The notes under the pieces are model-generated. The model saw only the letters and a list, made by a program, of their open reading frames with translations, was not told the DNA's origin and searched no databases. The position numbers were made by a program, and so were the translations under genes. From Eledone cirrhosa (Eukaryota), in the NCBI GenBank assembly GCA_964016885.1, contig OZ024756.1:18724001-18788000 (forward strand): DNA of 64,000 nt. The letters run 5' to 3'. Below are positions 12,638 through 26,310 of the stretch, one piece after another (position 1 is the stretch's first letter; each line of letters starts with the position of its first letter).

Positions 12638-12846
12638 CGATATTAAACAAATGGAAACTATATTTATATTTATAAAACCATATTTATTTCGTTATATATA
12701 TTTCTGGGATATCATATTAAAAATATGTTATGCCTTCCTCAGACAAAATACAATACATAAGCTGTTTTATAAATAATTAGTGCTTTTATATCAGTTATAA
12801 AATATTTACTCGTTGTAACCCAACAATCTTAAATAAAACTTTTGCA
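12638..12846. mobile_element. PLE family E fragment with 5' inversion, in (TA)n
   Basis: 12638-12776 is the reverse complement of the 4785-4912 segment (hammerhead CTGAGGA..GAAA); 12779-12846 matches 4936-5003 in sense. Confidence 0.75.
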
Positions 12847-12860
12847 TATATATATATACA

Positions 12861-13045
12861 ATAATTGTTTCTACTTTTGGCACAAGGCCAGCAATTAAAT
12901 CAGTGGTACTTTATTTTATCGACCCCGTAAGGATGAAAGGCAAAGTTAACCTCGGCGAGATTTGAACTCATACCATAAATGGCCGTAACTCTTTGCTGCA
13001 AAGCATGGCGTCCGACCCGCTACCGATACTGCCAATCCACCACCC
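12861..13045 (-). mobile_element. Meta-domain SINE, full length
   Basis: Complete head, body and tail. Confidence 0.92.
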
Positions 13046-13487
13046 TATGTATACAATAATAATAATATTTAAAGGACGAATTGTTAAGCCTTCATTACCT
13101 TTATTGATTGGTGACGCGCGTTTCGTTATTGATCAGTTCAAGGTTCGATCTGGCCCAACTCTGGAATCAAAAGCTCGTGGAATGTGTGGAATGTGTTGAA
13201 TGTATGGAAGAGCGAGCGCTAAACGAACGAAATTATAGGATTTTTAAAAAATAGTTTAGAAAAGCTATCTCCCAATGTTATCAGATAAGTTTTAAATCTA
13301 AATATATCTAAAATCCTATAACGTAATCAATTTAGATCTAGTGTTATAATTTGTTTTGAAAACCTCTCCAAGATAAAAAGTCGAGGCTTGTGCTAAGTAG
13401 GAAACTAGTATATCACTATGTATGTATGTGTGTTTAATAGAAATAGTTCCGTATTTAAAATATTTACTTAAAGTATATTAGTTACTC

Positions 13488-13686
13488 ACGAAGGTTGTCT
13501 GAAAAGTTCATAGGCTAGCTAAGTTGCTCTCCTGGAATGACCAAATGAGGGTTATTTGTCAACATAGCCTCTGGAAAGAAACAATGCAGTTATTAATAAA
13601 AAGAGTTGAAATTAATGTATGCAAGATTTCATAGCTCTAGCAGCACTCCTTCATAGTCAGCGTTTGAACTTTTCAGCCGATCCCCA
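13488..13686. mobile_element. Mariner-type MITE
   Basis: Matches 5856-6054. Confidence 0.8.
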
Positions 13687-13702
13687 TGCATAGATATGTG
13701 TA

Positions 13703-13820
<118 letters not shown>

Positions 13821-13821
13821 A

Positions 13822-14130
13822 GTTTAGATACCTCTTCCATGTCAATCCTGTTCATGAAGATTGTGAAAATGCGACGTAACACCCATAGTGAATGGTTTCA
13901 ACTTAGCATCATTTATTAGAACGCTAGGGCAATAGTGAAGGGGCTTCGAGACAATAAGAAGTTGTCCATTGATCCCGTGCTCCTTCAGAACCTTCCACAA
14001 AATTCCCTTGGAATATGATCGCCTGATTTTCCGAAATCCACGAAAAAAAACCAAAACCAAACAATCATACCGCACCGTTCTTCGCACGAAGTAAAGAAAA
14101 TATATTGCAGTCTCCATCTAACGCCGGAAA
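13822..14130 (-). mobile_element. RTE-clade LINE reverse transcriptase fragment, decayed
   Basis: FFVDFGKSGDHIPRE and LWKVLKEHGINGQLL resemble the RT motif F.D..KA.D.V.R..LW..L..YG; frameshifted. Confidence 0.75.
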
Positions 14131-14328
14131 ATCTGGCGATGGGCCTACGTGCGACCTGTCCTGGGAGCTGTGATATAGACACACAATAGTTACGGATCCC
14201 GAGACTCCAAAAAGGGTCCAGAAAGGTGCAAACATTAACAATTAGCAACTAGAATTGATTTATATTTGCATCGCTTTAATCCAACAATGGCGAGCGGATA
14301 ACACGATAACAAAACATTATTTTTCTGT

Positions 14329-14520
14329 CGGTGGATTGGCAGTATTGGTAGAGGGTCGGACGCCATGCTGTGACGTATAGAGTTACGGCCCTTGCCATTC
14401 TGAGTTCAAATCCCGCCAAGGTTAACTTTGCCTTTCATCTTTACGGGGTCGATAAAATAAAGTACCAGTAATGCACTGGGTTATTTGCTGGCCTTGTGCC
14501 TAACGTAGAAACAATTATTT
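14329..14520 (+). mobile_element. Meta-domain SINE, full length, TSD ATTATTTTTCTGTCGGT
   Basis: Same 17-mer on both sides. Confidence 0.92.
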
Positions 14521-14687
14521 TTCTGTCGGTTGTGGCACCAAAGTTCCACTTAAAGGAAGAGGGAGAAAAAAGAAACCAGGGTAGGGGAGCAATGGAGAGA
14601 GGAGGAGAGGTGTATAGATGACTGGATAGATGGATCAGTAGATAGATAGGCAAATAAATAGATGGATAGTTGGATGGATATATATAT

Positions 14688-14752
14688 CAGAAGATCCCGT
14701 TAAGGGTAAAAGCAGCGATTCTTTGCTTAAACTTTAACCTGTTATTTTAATA
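14688..14752 (+). mobile_element. PLE family D fragment starting at the hammerhead-like core
   Basis: CAGAAGATCCCGTTAAGGGT.AAAGCAGCG, matches 16123 and 26922. Confidence 0.65.
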
Positions 14753-14761
14753 TATATATAG

Positions 14762-15155
<394 letters not shown>

Positions 15156-15249
15156 AAGGTATATATTGAGTTAGAATCTTAAAATAGTCTCTTACAGTTA
15201 AATAGCTCAATGAAAGAGGTTTTTCTGAGCCGTGTAATATAATTGAATA

Positions 15250-15343
15250 TAAAAGCAATATAAACACAGATATAAACATATATGTGTTCAAATCTGGTTC
15301 CTTACCATTTGAACACATATATGTTTATATTTGTGTTTATATT

Positions 15344-15350
<7 letters not shown>
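15250..15350. repeat. Fold-back (~44-bp arms) between TA tracts
   Basis: ATATAAACATATATGTGTTCAAAT...ATTTGAACACATATATGTTTATAT. Confidence 0.8.
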
Positions 15351-15414
<64 letters not shown>

Positions 15415-15418
<4 letters not shown>

Positions 15419-15604
15419 TGTATATATAGTGTATTTTGCAATAAACTGTATGCTTAATTAAAAGCATTTTGAAGACCTTATGCTATTGTTTTAAAGTAGC
15501 GACAGTGTCACTTACTTCAATTTTCAGCAAACACGGGGAGATAAGTAAGAATGCTTTTAATTAAGCATACAGTGTATTGCAAAATATACTATATATACAT
15601 TCAT
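15415..15604. mobile_element. Fold-back PLE fragment (~55-bp arms), relative of 61103-61312
   Basis: Inverted arms; shares CATTTTGAAGACC..GCTAT..GTTTTAAAGTAG with 61141-61176. Confidence 0.6.
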
Positions 15605-15650
15605 ATATATATCGCTATTTCAAAGCACCAATTCTAATATATATATATAT

Positions 15651-15953
15651 AGTGACGAAACATAAGTCAATTGTATGAACTCATAATCCTTTATTTACTG
15701 CTATATATATTTCGATGATAGCCATTGAGTGGCTATGACCTCATCAGGCAGTTAGTCAGTTCTTAGATATGCCAGCTCTGTGTTTATGGTGTTGATTGTT
15801 TCAGAACCTTGGGACATATGAGCTTGTTAGGAATAATTTAATGTTGTCAGCAGGAATAATCTTAATTCTCATTGGTCAGTTTGTAGATGCTAGTAGGGTT
15901 GTTATTTGACCTCAAAGAGGCAGGTGGTGTTGTAAAGTTCAAACCATCAGGCA
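15651..15953 (-). mobile_element. PLE family F (Neptune/Penelope-type): last codons of GIY-YIG ORF (PDGLN) plus 3' UTR
   Basis: Begins at (TA)n with the P.GLN motif typical of PLE endonuclease C-termini; hammerhead in the UTR. Confidence 0.7.
15697..15752 (-). ncRNA. Type I hammerhead ribozyme, canonical core
   Basis: Minus strand: ACTGC-CTGATGA-GGTcATAGCCA..TGGCTATcATC-GAAA-TATATATA-GCAGT. Confidence 0.85.
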
Positions 15954-15966
15954 TATATATATATAT

Positions 15967-16191
15967 AGTAATAATAATGAATTTGAAGACTAAAATCCAA
16001 AGAGGGCTCGATAAGGATAAATTTATATCAAATATATAAGAACCGTAGAGCAAATATTTATTAAAATAACAGATTAAAGTTTAAGCAAAGAATCGCTGCT
16101 TTCACCCTTAACGGGTTGGTTTCAGAAGCTCCCGTTAAGGGTGAAAGCAGCGATTCTTTGCTTAAACTTTAATCTGTTATTTTAATAAATA
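15967..16191. mobile_element. PLE family D fold-back
   Basis: Perfect ~62-bp inverted arms around TTGGTTTCAGAAGCT; TA flanks. Confidence 0.75.
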
Positions 16192-16249
16192 TCTATATAT
16201 CTATATATCTATATATATATATAGAGAGAGACAGATGAATAGTTAGATA

Positions 16250-17422
16250 GATATGTTTCTTTATTAGCCACAGGGTCACAAAAGAAGGGGACAAATACAA
16301 AGGGGGAAGTTTACATACAATAAAAACGTGTAAAATGTTATCACAAATGCAATTTAAAAAATTAGTCGATTTTCCCCAATAGGGGGAGACAGTTCATATG
16401 GGTAACACATACCCCCGAAAAAATGTGCAACCCTCATCTCCAGGAGTACGAAGAGTTTGTACTCCTCTCCTCTCCAGGAGCACCAAGAGTGAGTCCTCCC
16501 TTCCTCTTTTCCCTCAACCTACAGGCTGATATAGATAGAAGGCCTATTCACTCGGGCCATTCTCGCCACTTTCACCCACCTTTCATAAAACTTGCTGGGG
16601 TACAGCACCTCTCTCTCCATCCTGATTCTTCTTCCAAAGTGGTATTTGAAAAAAAGAATCAGTTGTTGGCCGGAGAGAAAGGTGTCTGACCTCAGCCCTT
16701 TCAACCTTGTCCACCATACAACCTCTTTCGCCATAGCTATCACACAAAGGAAAACCGCCTCTCCTTCGTTTTTGAAGGAGGGTGGCGGTTTGATCATGAC
16801 AATGGACTCGGTGGTCAACCGGATTGGTCCCACCCGCGACAATAGTCGTTCTACATAGCCCCACAGGCCAGTGACACCCGGGCAGTGTATGAATGCGTGC
16901 GCGACGGTTTCTTCGTCTCGCACGCACCTCGGACAGATCTTTTTTGCAGGATCCCTGCCCGGGCGCCCATGTCTGTAGAGCTTGTCTCGAACTGGTAGAG
17001 CTCCTCGGTAGCACTGCCAGGCCAGGGACTTTTGGAAGTTGTCCATCGGTCCCGGGCGAAAGGTCCTACCGAACAGACTGGCCATTTCATCTTCCTCTAC
17101 GCCTAGAGTTTCACCGAGCGCGTCGTCGCACTTGCTGCGGATCAACCCTCTATAGAATGACGAAGTGGAGTCTCCACTGATCGCCGGGTCCGCCTGCCAG
17201 AGGGCTGTGAGCGCCTGAGCACATTCGATGTGCCAGTCGCCCATTTTCCTCGGTCTTTGCTTGACCCAGGACTGCAGCTCGGTCAGTGAGACGAGTCGTG
17301 GGAAGGCTCGCCTCACGAACGGGGTCCACACCGGTTGTCCAGTGAGGAATACGTAGAGATGCCGTAGCCTGAGCGCGTGTTTGCGCATCGTCAACCACGG
17401 CATCCCCAGCCCTCCGTTAGAA
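16250..17422 (-). mobile_element. 5'-truncated Tx1/L1-clade LINE, longest copy; ~300 intact codons (GGLGMP...CPRC...HAFIHC)
   Basis: ORF 16519-17420 uninterrupted; 5' junction abuts a long (GATA)n; 3' AATAAA+(TATC)n. Confidence 0.95.
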
Positions 17423-17423
17423 G

Positions 17424-17494
<71 letters not shown>

Positions 17495-17800
17495 GGATGG
17501 ATAAGTACGTAGAAAAATGGTGTAAAATAAAAATGCTTTCCAAAGTTAGCCAAGACAAATTTCTAAAATTGGAAATGACAATTGGATTGAGGAGAACTGA
17601 TTATCTGAAGATAACGATATGTTCTGAATCACACACTATCTACATTCTTTCTTTCTTTCTTTCTTTCTCTCCTTTTATCTTTCTTTCTTTTTTCCCTTCT
17701 TTCTTTTCGTTTCTCTTTCCTTTTCCCGTCCTTTTATTAATTTCATTTTCCTTCTCTCTTTCTCCTTTTCCCTTGTTTCTTTTTTTCTCTTTCCTTTTCC

Positions 17801-17837
<37 letters not shown>

Positions 17838-17969
17838 TCTTTCCTTTTCCCGTCTTTCTTTCTTTCTTTCTGTTTTCCTTCATTCCTTTTTCATTTCACT
17901 TTTTTCTTTTATTTTTCTATCCTCCCTTCTTTTCTTTCCAACTTTCCCATTCTTTCTCTTTTTCCCTCT

Positions 17970-18490
17970 CTCACACACACTAACACATACATTAACACTC
18001 ACATACACTCACTAACACACATACACACTAACACATACACTCACTAACAAACACACACACACTAACACATACACTCACTAACACACACACACACACACTA
18101 ACACATACATTAACACACACACACACACTAACACATACATTAACACACACTAACACATATACACATTAACACATATACACACACACTAACACATACACTC
18201 ACTAACTCACACACACTAACACATACACGCACTATCACACAGACACACAAACACACACTAACACATACATTAACACTCACAAGCACACTAACACATACAC
18301 ATTAACACACATACACATTAACACATATATATATACACACACACACTAACACATACACACATTAACACACATACTAACACATACACACATCAACACACAC
18401 ACACTAACACATACACGCACTAACAGATACACACATGCACACACATACTAACACATACTCACACTCACACAAGCACACACTGACACATCC
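17970..18490. repeat. CA-rich degenerate minisatellite (ACACACTAACACATAC)
   Basis: Direct inspection. Confidence 0.9.
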
Positions 18491-18912
18491 GTAAACAAAT
18501 GTAACAGTGTAATATTTGTTGTTTTCTCTCCGCCCCTCCCCTCTCTCCTCCCACTCCCCCTCTCCTCCCCTCCCTCTCCCTCTCCCCCTCCCTCTCTCCT
18601 CCTCCTCCCCACTTTATCCCCCCTCCCTCTCTCCGCCCTCTCTCCCTGACACGACTGAGTTCAAGTTTATTATTTTTTATTATAAAAAAATTTCATATTT
18701 CCTTATTAGTCTTTTATGTTTAGTCACTTTTCTCCCACTTTTGTATACAATTGTTCTTTTTTCCTTTTCCTCCACCCATCCCCTCTCTCTCCTCCCCTCA
18801 CTCACCCTCTCTCTCTCTATCACCTCCTCACTCCCCCCCCTCTCAGTCTCTCTGTCAATTTATCTAATTATATATGTCACTATACGTGTGTTCATTATGA
18901 TTGTCTTGCTAA

Positions 18913-19140
18913 AGGCGGTGGACTGACAGTAATCGGTAGAGCATCGGACACTATACTTTACGGCATAGAGTTATGGCCCTTTACCTTCTGAGTTCAGCTC
19001 CCGTCGAGCTTGGCTTTGCCTTTTACCCTTACGAGGGTCGATAAAATAAAGTACCAGTAATGCACCGGGGTGGATTTAATCGATCGACTTTCCCCCCTCT
19101 CTCCAAATTGCTGACCTTGCACCTATAGTAGAAATCCTTA
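18913..19140 (+). mobile_element. Meta-domain SINE, long variant
   Basis: Carries the extra GATTTAATCGA..TTTCCCCC segment; flanking TTATGATTGTCTT duplication. Confidence 0.88.
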
Positions 19141-19195
19141 TGATTGTCTTACTAATGTGGCTTCGTGTGGTTTGTTATTACAGATATTTGTACTA

Positions 19196-19391
19196 TCTGT
19201 ATACGACTAAAACTCTGTGATTGCTTGCTTGCGTGATTGCTTGCTTGTCTGTAATGTAATACAGCCAAAAGGGCGCACAATGAGAAAATACGTTGAAATG
19301 AAGTTGACCCTGAAATGAGAATACAAATGGAATAAAACAAGTTTCGCGTAAATCGGGTCCTGAGATATGGGGTTTTTCCGGGTACCTTCAT

Positions 19392-19462
<71 letters not shown>

Positions 19463-19556
19463 AGGGAGGGAGAGAGAGGGAGAGAAAGAGATAGTGGTTA
19501 TGAGAGAGTAGATCGAAATAGAGACATAGAGAGAGGGAGATGAAACAGAGAAGGAG

Positions 19557-19610
<54 letters not shown>

Positions 19611-19725
19611 GATGCTGTTGTTGTGTATATATATATGTGAGTGTGTGTGTATATATATATGTGTGTGTATATGTACGTGTGTGTCTATGACTAGTGTATA
19701 TAGATCACAGACACCCACATATATA

Positions 19726-19758
<33 letters not shown>

Positions 19759-19942
19759 GTATACACACACATTTACATATATATACATACAGACACGTAT
19801 ATATATGGGCCTTCCAGTTTCATTTCACATTATATACATGTCTGTGTATAGTTTAATTATTTAAAAGCTATTTTTAAGTGAACATGATTTTTAAAAAAAT
19901 ATTTTGAAGTGAACGCGACCCAGCGGGTCACGGGTGGTCTAG
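19196..19942 (+). mobile_element. Non-autonomous Helitron-like element
   Basis: A|TC 5' end followed by (TTGC)n; 3' hairpin GCGACCC-AGC-GGGTCAC, then CTAG|T; no TSD. The 5' boundary is less certain. Confidence 0.65.
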
Positions 19943-20100
19943 TATTTACTATTTTAGAGTCCAAGGTCGATGAGTTTTGAAGTGAACGTGACCCAGCGGG
20001 TCACGGGTGGTCTAGTATTTACTATTTTAGAGTCCAAGGTCGATGAGTTATTGTGTTCTAGAGTTTCTACAAATGACCTTTACTGTAATATTTACTATGG

Positions 20101-20290
20101 TAATAATTGTTTCTACTTTTAGCACAAGGCCAGCAATTACCCAGTGCATTACTGGTACTTTATTTTATCAACCCCGTAAGGATGAAATACAAAGTCAACC
20201 TCGGCGGGATTTGAACTCAGATCGTAAAGGGACGTAACTATGCTGGTAAGCATGGCGTCCGACCCTCTACCGATACTGCCAATCCACCGC
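20101..20290 (-). mobile_element. Meta-domain SINE, full length
   Basis: Complete copy. Confidence 0.92.
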
Positions 20291-20304
20291 ACTTTATGCA
20301 TTTA

Positions 20305-20508
20305 GGTAAAGGGTAAAGACCCTCTTCGGTCACAAATGACCATGGGATTTGCATCTAGAAAGTTCCCCTCCGAGGCACAAGTTCGGGAGGAAAAGTTGTT
20401 TGTGGAAGACCAGCAGTCCCCCATATATACCACTCTCCTCTCTCTATGCCACCGATGTTGTCCAAGGGAAATACAAAGGCTGATACAGCTTGGCACTAGT
20501 GACGTCAC
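20305..20508 (-). mobile_element. Interspersed repeat 3' fragment (SINE/RTE-type tail ...TTTACCCTTTACC)
   Basis: Short tandem tail; resembles an octopod repeat known to me from memory only. Confidence 0.45.
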
Positions 20509-20974
20509 AACATACTCTATATATATACACTCTCTCCCTCTTTCCCCCATCTCTCTTTCTCCTTCCGCTCTTTCTCTCTATCTTACGTCATCCCTCTCTC
20601 TCACTGATCAATCTCTCCTCTCTTTCCTTCTTCCACCTCTCTATTTCTCTTCTTTTCTCTCTCCCGCCTCTCCTCCCACACCTCTCTCATAATTTGCACC
20701 CTCTCCCCCACACCATTCTCTTTCCTAATCTTTGCTCAATTTCAGCTTAGTTTGTTTTTTTCGTTTGTTAGTTGCGATTTTTTTTATGGTCAAAATCTTT
20801 TCATAACCGAAATTGTAGAAAGCAGACGATATTTCTGTAAAGGGTTGACACGTGATTCAATACGTCTATCTGCGTGTGTTTTCTTATGTACACATTCACG
20901 TCAATGTACCTTGTGTACCTTTGACTCATCACCACAACCATTCCACATACGTATGTGGGTCAATATAAGCTTAC

Positions 20975-21016
20975 CATTCCTCTCTCTAGATGTTTCACCC
21001 AAATCAAGGTCATCCG
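20975..21016 (-). CDS. Putative 42-bp exon of a - strand host gene
   Basis: GGCAG|CGGATG...AATG|GTAAGC; phase 1 reads DDLDLGETSRERN. Confidence 0.3.
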
Positions 21017-21257
21017 CTGCCAATCATGTGTAACGAATGAGTAGAAGCAATAACGAGGTCTTATGGGAACCCAGACGATAAATCAGAAGAGTGAGGCATC
21101 ATGGGAAATTATCTCTGATAAGCAATTCCATATGTAGCGTTTGGTGCGAACAAATAAACAGGTCTTCTTGTCTGACCGTCTGTCCGTCTGTCTGTCTGTT
21201 TCTCTCTCATTCTCTCTCTCTATCTCTCTCTCTCTCGCTCTCTCTCTCTCTCTATCT

Positions 21258-21323
<66 letters not shown>

Positions 21324-21437
21324 CTGTTCGTCTTTCTGCCCGTCTACCAGTCTCTCTCACGCCATCGAAACGATGCAAGCTTAACCGCAGGGCCTATATG
21401 TCTTATAATGATGATGAAGATAATGATGATGATGATA

Positions 21438-22018
21438 ATAATTGTTTCTACTTTTGGCACAAGGGGCCAGCAATTATCCCAGTGCATTACTGGTACTTTA
21501 TTTTATCGACCCCGTAAGGATGACAGGCAAAGTTAACCTCGGATAATAAAGGGCCGTAACTCTATGCTACAAAGCATGTTGCCCGACCCTCTATTGATAC
21601 TGCCAATCCACCGCCCTTCTGATAATGATAATAATAAAAAAAAAAATAATAATAACGATTTCTTATTTAGACACAAGGCCAACAATGTTGAGGGAGGGGA
21701 AAATCGATTAAATCGAACCCAGTGCATTACTGGTACTTTATTTTATCGACACCGTAAGGATGAAAGGCAAAGCTAACCTCGGCGGTATCAAATATTGATT
21801 CCTAATTTAGGTACAAGGCCAACACATTTTAAGGGAAGGGCAAAGTTGATTAAACGAACCCTAGTACTTGACTGGTACTTTATTTTTATTTTTTTGACCC
21901 CGGAATGATGAAAAGGAAAGTTGACCTCGGAAGGATTTGAACTCAAAATATAAAGAGCTAGAATAAATACTGCAATGGCGTTTTATCTGACGCTCTACCA
22001 ATTCTGCCAATCCACCAA
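21438..22018 (-). mobile_element. Cluster of three Meta-domain SINEs
   Basis: Copies at ~21438-21615, 21657-21785 and 21795-22018. Confidence 0.88.
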
Positions 22019-22029
22019 CCTCAGTCTTA

Positions 22030-22170
22030 GATATTACACTAAGTCTTCTGTACTGTGTACTGCTCTATGCTCATTTTTCTCCTTCATTTCTGTGGGGTGT
22101 ATCTTATCAATTTTCATGTAGTGCTAAGTATTTTTTATGGCTGGTTCTGTTCTAATTCTCTGGTAAAAAT
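22030..22170 (-). mobile_element. Decayed R4/Dong-like LINE RT fragment
   Basis: Reverse complement of 32290-32405 (ELEQNQPYKYL). Confidence 0.55.
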
Positions 22171-22756
22171 CGGGATATAATCAAACCCATGTTCTTTTTA
22201 TTTCACTTTTTATATATTTATATTATTATATTTACAGCCGTCTGTTATCTTTTAAGTAGAACTATCTTTTGACTACAGCTAAATTCATCCTGGCGGAACT
22301 TTAACTAAGAAATATATGAAGCTTATAAATTTGATTCCGACAAAACACCGCATCTCGGCACTTTATCTACCATGCCACCCTATCACAGACAGTGCCAGTA
22401 TTTGACCGCGAAACAGACATTTTTTTTGCTCTATATTTAGAAGAAGAAGAAACAAAAAAGAGTAAAAAGAACTATATATGCTACACATCTCTTCCAAAGA
22501 AGAAAAACTATCAAAAGCAACATGAAAGAAAAACTAGGACACATTAGATGAAGGTTTTTGCCAAAGATTTCCGGGAGAGCCTTAATTATCTGATAAACTA
22601 ATTGTATATCAGGTTTTGACCCTGGCATATTTGTTATCTTGACACGGAGGTTAATTTTAAACGACCCATACTTACATGATAACATAGAATCAGAGATCTG
22701 ATAGCGAGCTAGAAATTTCCTTCTATCTTACTATTTATCTATCAACCTATCACTGT

Positions 22757-22950
22757 CCGTTATCGGCTGGAAAGTTCATAGGCTGACTCTGAAGGAATGA
22801 TGCTAGAGCTGTGAAATCTTGCATGCATTTATTTCAACTCTTTTTATTAATAACTGCATTGTTTCTTTCCAGAGACTCTGTTGAAACATAAACCTCATTT
22901 GGTCATTCCATGAAAGTATCTTGGTCAACCTATGAATCTTTCAACAGACC

Positions 22951-22954
<4 letters not shown>
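22757..22954. mobile_element. Mariner-type MITE (opposite orientation)
   Basis: Reverse complement of 5856-6054. Confidence 0.8.
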
Positions 22955-22989
<35 letters not shown>

Positions 22990-22990
<1 letters not shown>

Positions 22991-23204
22991 CAGTTGTCCC
23001 CTGGTATTATTCGCGGGGCTTACATTCCCAGGCTACCCGCGAAGAGTGAAACACCGCGAATATTGGATGTGGTCCATAAAAATGTTTATAAACGTCAAAA
23101 TATAACGTAAAATATAATAAAAAAAAAAAAGAGGATGCGTCTTATGCGAAGGGGCGCCCAAATAGGCCGGCAAATATGGTATATTGTTATAAATAATTTA
23201 GCGT

Positions 23205-23243
<39 letters not shown>

Positions 23244-23380
23244 CCACGACCAAGGCCATAAAAAAAATCGCCGAAGATATTTACGATTCCGCGAATATGC
23301 GGTAGTTTCCACGAATAATTATTAGGTAAGTTCTAAGGAAAATTCCGCGAATAAGCGGGACAACGAATGACGGGAGTACA

Positions 23381-23383
<3 letters not shown>
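22990..23383. mobile_element. Tigger/pogo-type MITE
   Basis: TA|CAGTTGTCCCC..TATTCGCG ... CGCGAATA..GGGAGTACACTG|TA. Confidence 0.65.
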
Positions 23384-23416
<33 letters not shown>

Positions 23417-23418
<2 letters not shown>

Positions 23419-23530
23419 GTTATTCCGGGTTGAATCGGAGGTAACCATAGTAAGTAAGGTACTCAATACATTGCAGAGTATAAAAGTTTTAATATAGATG
23501 AGATTCTACAGGACTAGAACTGTTTCATTC
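23417..23530 (-). mobile_element. PLE family C 3' end, truncated inside hammerhead stem II
   Basis: Near-identical to 62406-62519. Confidence 0.75.
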
Positions 23531-23699
23531 CTCCTCCTCCTCCACCTCCACACCATTACCATCATCATCATCATCATCATCATCATCATAACTACGACAA
23601 TAAAATAAAACATCACTAACAGCAGCATCTCCAGCACAAACAATACCGTAACCACCACCACCACCACCTACAATAACAACACAATCCTCACTATCACTA

Positions 23700-25716
23700 C
23701 CTCCACCAACACCACAATTACCACTAGTCACCACCACCACCACTATCACCCTCATCAACACCACTATCACCACCATTACCACTAGTCACCACCACCACTA
23801 TCACCATCATCACCACCACCATCAACACTACCATCACAACCACTACAGTCACCACCACCATCACCATCTCTACCACCACTACCACCACCATAACCATCAC
23901 CACATTCCCCACCATTACCATCATCTCCACCTTAACCACCACCACATTTACCACCACCACCACCACCACCACCACCACCACCACATTCCCCACCATCACC
24001 ATCATCTCCACCACCACCACCACATTCCCGACCACCACGATCACCATCATCTCCACCACCACCATAACCACCACCACATTCCCCACCACTACCATCATCT
24101 CCACCATAACCACCACCACATTCACCACCACCACTATCACCACCACCACCACATTCCCCACCATCGCCATCATCTCCACCACCACCACCACATTCCCCAC
24201 CACCACGATCACCACCATCTCCACCACCACCATAACCACCACCACATTCCCCACCATCACCATCATCTCCACCACCACCACATTCCCCACCACACGATCA
24301 CCATCTCTACCACCACCACCACCATAACCATCACCACATTTCCCACCACTACCATCATCTCCATCATAACCACCACCACATTCACCACCACCACTATCAC
24401 CACCACCACCACATTCCCCACCATCGCCATCATCTCCACCACCACCACCACATTCCCCACCACCACGATCACCATCATCTCCACCACCACCATAACCATC
24501 ACCACATTCCCCACCACTACCATCATCTCCACCATAACCACCACCACCACATTCACCACCATAACCACCACCACATTCACCACCACCACCACTATCACCA
24601 CCACCACCACCACATTCCCCACCATCACCATCATCTCCACCACCACCACGATCACCATCTCTACCACCACCACCACCATAACCACATTCCCCACCACTAC
24701 CATCATCTCCACCATAACCACCACCACATTCACCACCACCACCACTATCACCACCACCACATTCACCACCACCACATTCCCCACCACCACGATCACCATC
24801 TCTACCACCACCACCACCATAACCACATTCCCCACCACTACCATCATCTCCACCATAACCACCACCACTATCACCACCACCACCACATTCACCACCACCA
24901 CATTCCCCACCACCACGATCACCATCATCTCCACCACCACCACATTCCCCACCACCACGATCACCATCATCTCCACCACCACCATAACCATCACCACATT
25001 CCCCACCACTACTATCATCTCCACCATAACCACCACCACCACATTCACCACCACCACCACTATCACCACCACCACCACATTCCCCACCATCACCATCATC
25101 TCCACCACCACCACCACATTCCCGACCACCACGATCACCATCATCTCCACCACCACCATAACCACCACCACATTCCCCACCACTACCATCATCTCCACCA
25201 TAACCACCACCACATTCACCACCACCACCACCACTATCACCACCACCACCACATTCCCCACCATCACCATCATCTCCACCACCACCACATTCCCGACCAC
25301 CACGATCACCATCTCTACCACCACCACCACCATAACCACCACCACATTCCCCACCACTACCATCATCTCCACCATAACCACCACCACATTCACCACCACC
25401 ACCACCACCACCACTATCACCACCACCACCACATTCCCCACCATCGCCATCATCTCCACCACCACCACCACATTCCCCACCACCACGATCTCCATCATCT
25501 CCACCACCACCATAACCACCACCACATTCCCCACCACTACCATCATCTCCACCATAACCACCACCACATTCACCACCACCACCACCACTATCACCACCAC
25601 CACCACATTCCCCACCATCGCCATCATCTCCACCACCACCACCACATTCCCCACCACCACGATCACCATCATCTCCACCACCACCATAACCACCACCACC
25701 ACCACCACCATCTCCA
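23700..25716. repeat. ACC-rich triplet-based minisatellite
   Basis: Modules ACCACATTCCCC and ATCATCTCCACC joined by (ACC)n. Confidence 0.95.
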
Positions 25717-25788
25717 CATATACTATTCTACTGACACAGTTTTCCTTATTAACTAAAGAATATATACGGTAGCTGAGGTTAGTCATAC

Positions 25789-25882
25789 TTTAAAACCAAC
25801 AAACGTTTCCAGCCCAGTTCCCTTTTTTTCTTCTTTTATCTCTGATGATTCTAGTTCAGTGACATCTGTGCTGCTTTTAAGT
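25789..25882 (-). CDS. Putative 94-bp exon of a - strand host gene
   Basis: Acceptor CTTTCTCTTCCTTGAAG|, donor AAA|GTATGA; only one frame open: LKSSTDVTELESSEIKEEKKGTGLETFVGFK. Confidence 0.45.
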
Positions 25883-25963
25883 CTTCAAGGAAGAGAAAGA
25901 TGATAATATCTATCCTATCTTTCCCGCTACCTTCTCTTCTGTTTGTGGCGATGTATGTATGGA

Positions 25964-26029
<66 letters not shown>

Positions 26030-26079
26030 CATATATATCTATGTATGGATGGATGTACGTACGTACATACGTACATATA

Positions 26080-26310
26080 TCTATCTAAGGCGGGTAAAAT
26101 TCCCGAGATCCATGGACGAGTTCTTTCCAGCGGTCTCTGTCCCTCATTATCGCTGCCATGTCCTGCATCTCCAACAGACCAGTGTCTGTCCTTAGGGCAT
26201 CAACATACGTTAACCTTGGTCTTCCTCTTCTAGTGTGTCCCAAAAGTCAGCTCAAAAGTGACACAGAGGAGACTGAGGTTGGCTGGACATGCTCACCGAC
26301 ATCCAGAGTT
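26080..26310 (-). mobile_element. RTE LINE 3' end with 5' inversion
   Basis: Minus strand reads GHTRRGRPRLTYVDALRTDTGL..MRDRDRWKELV*; the adjacent + segment reads QRRLRLAGHAHRHPE, the upstream part, inverted. Confidence 0.75.

Noticed and set aside
17423-17553. N-terminal extension of the 344-aa ORF (MANFGK...IYLS repeats)
   Set aside because: Chance read-through of the flanking (GATA)n; the LINE sequence starts near 17420.
23724-25786. 507-aa and 189-aa Val/Met-rich ORFs
   Set aside because: Translation of an ACC minisatellite lying just past a candidate donor, so probably intronic.
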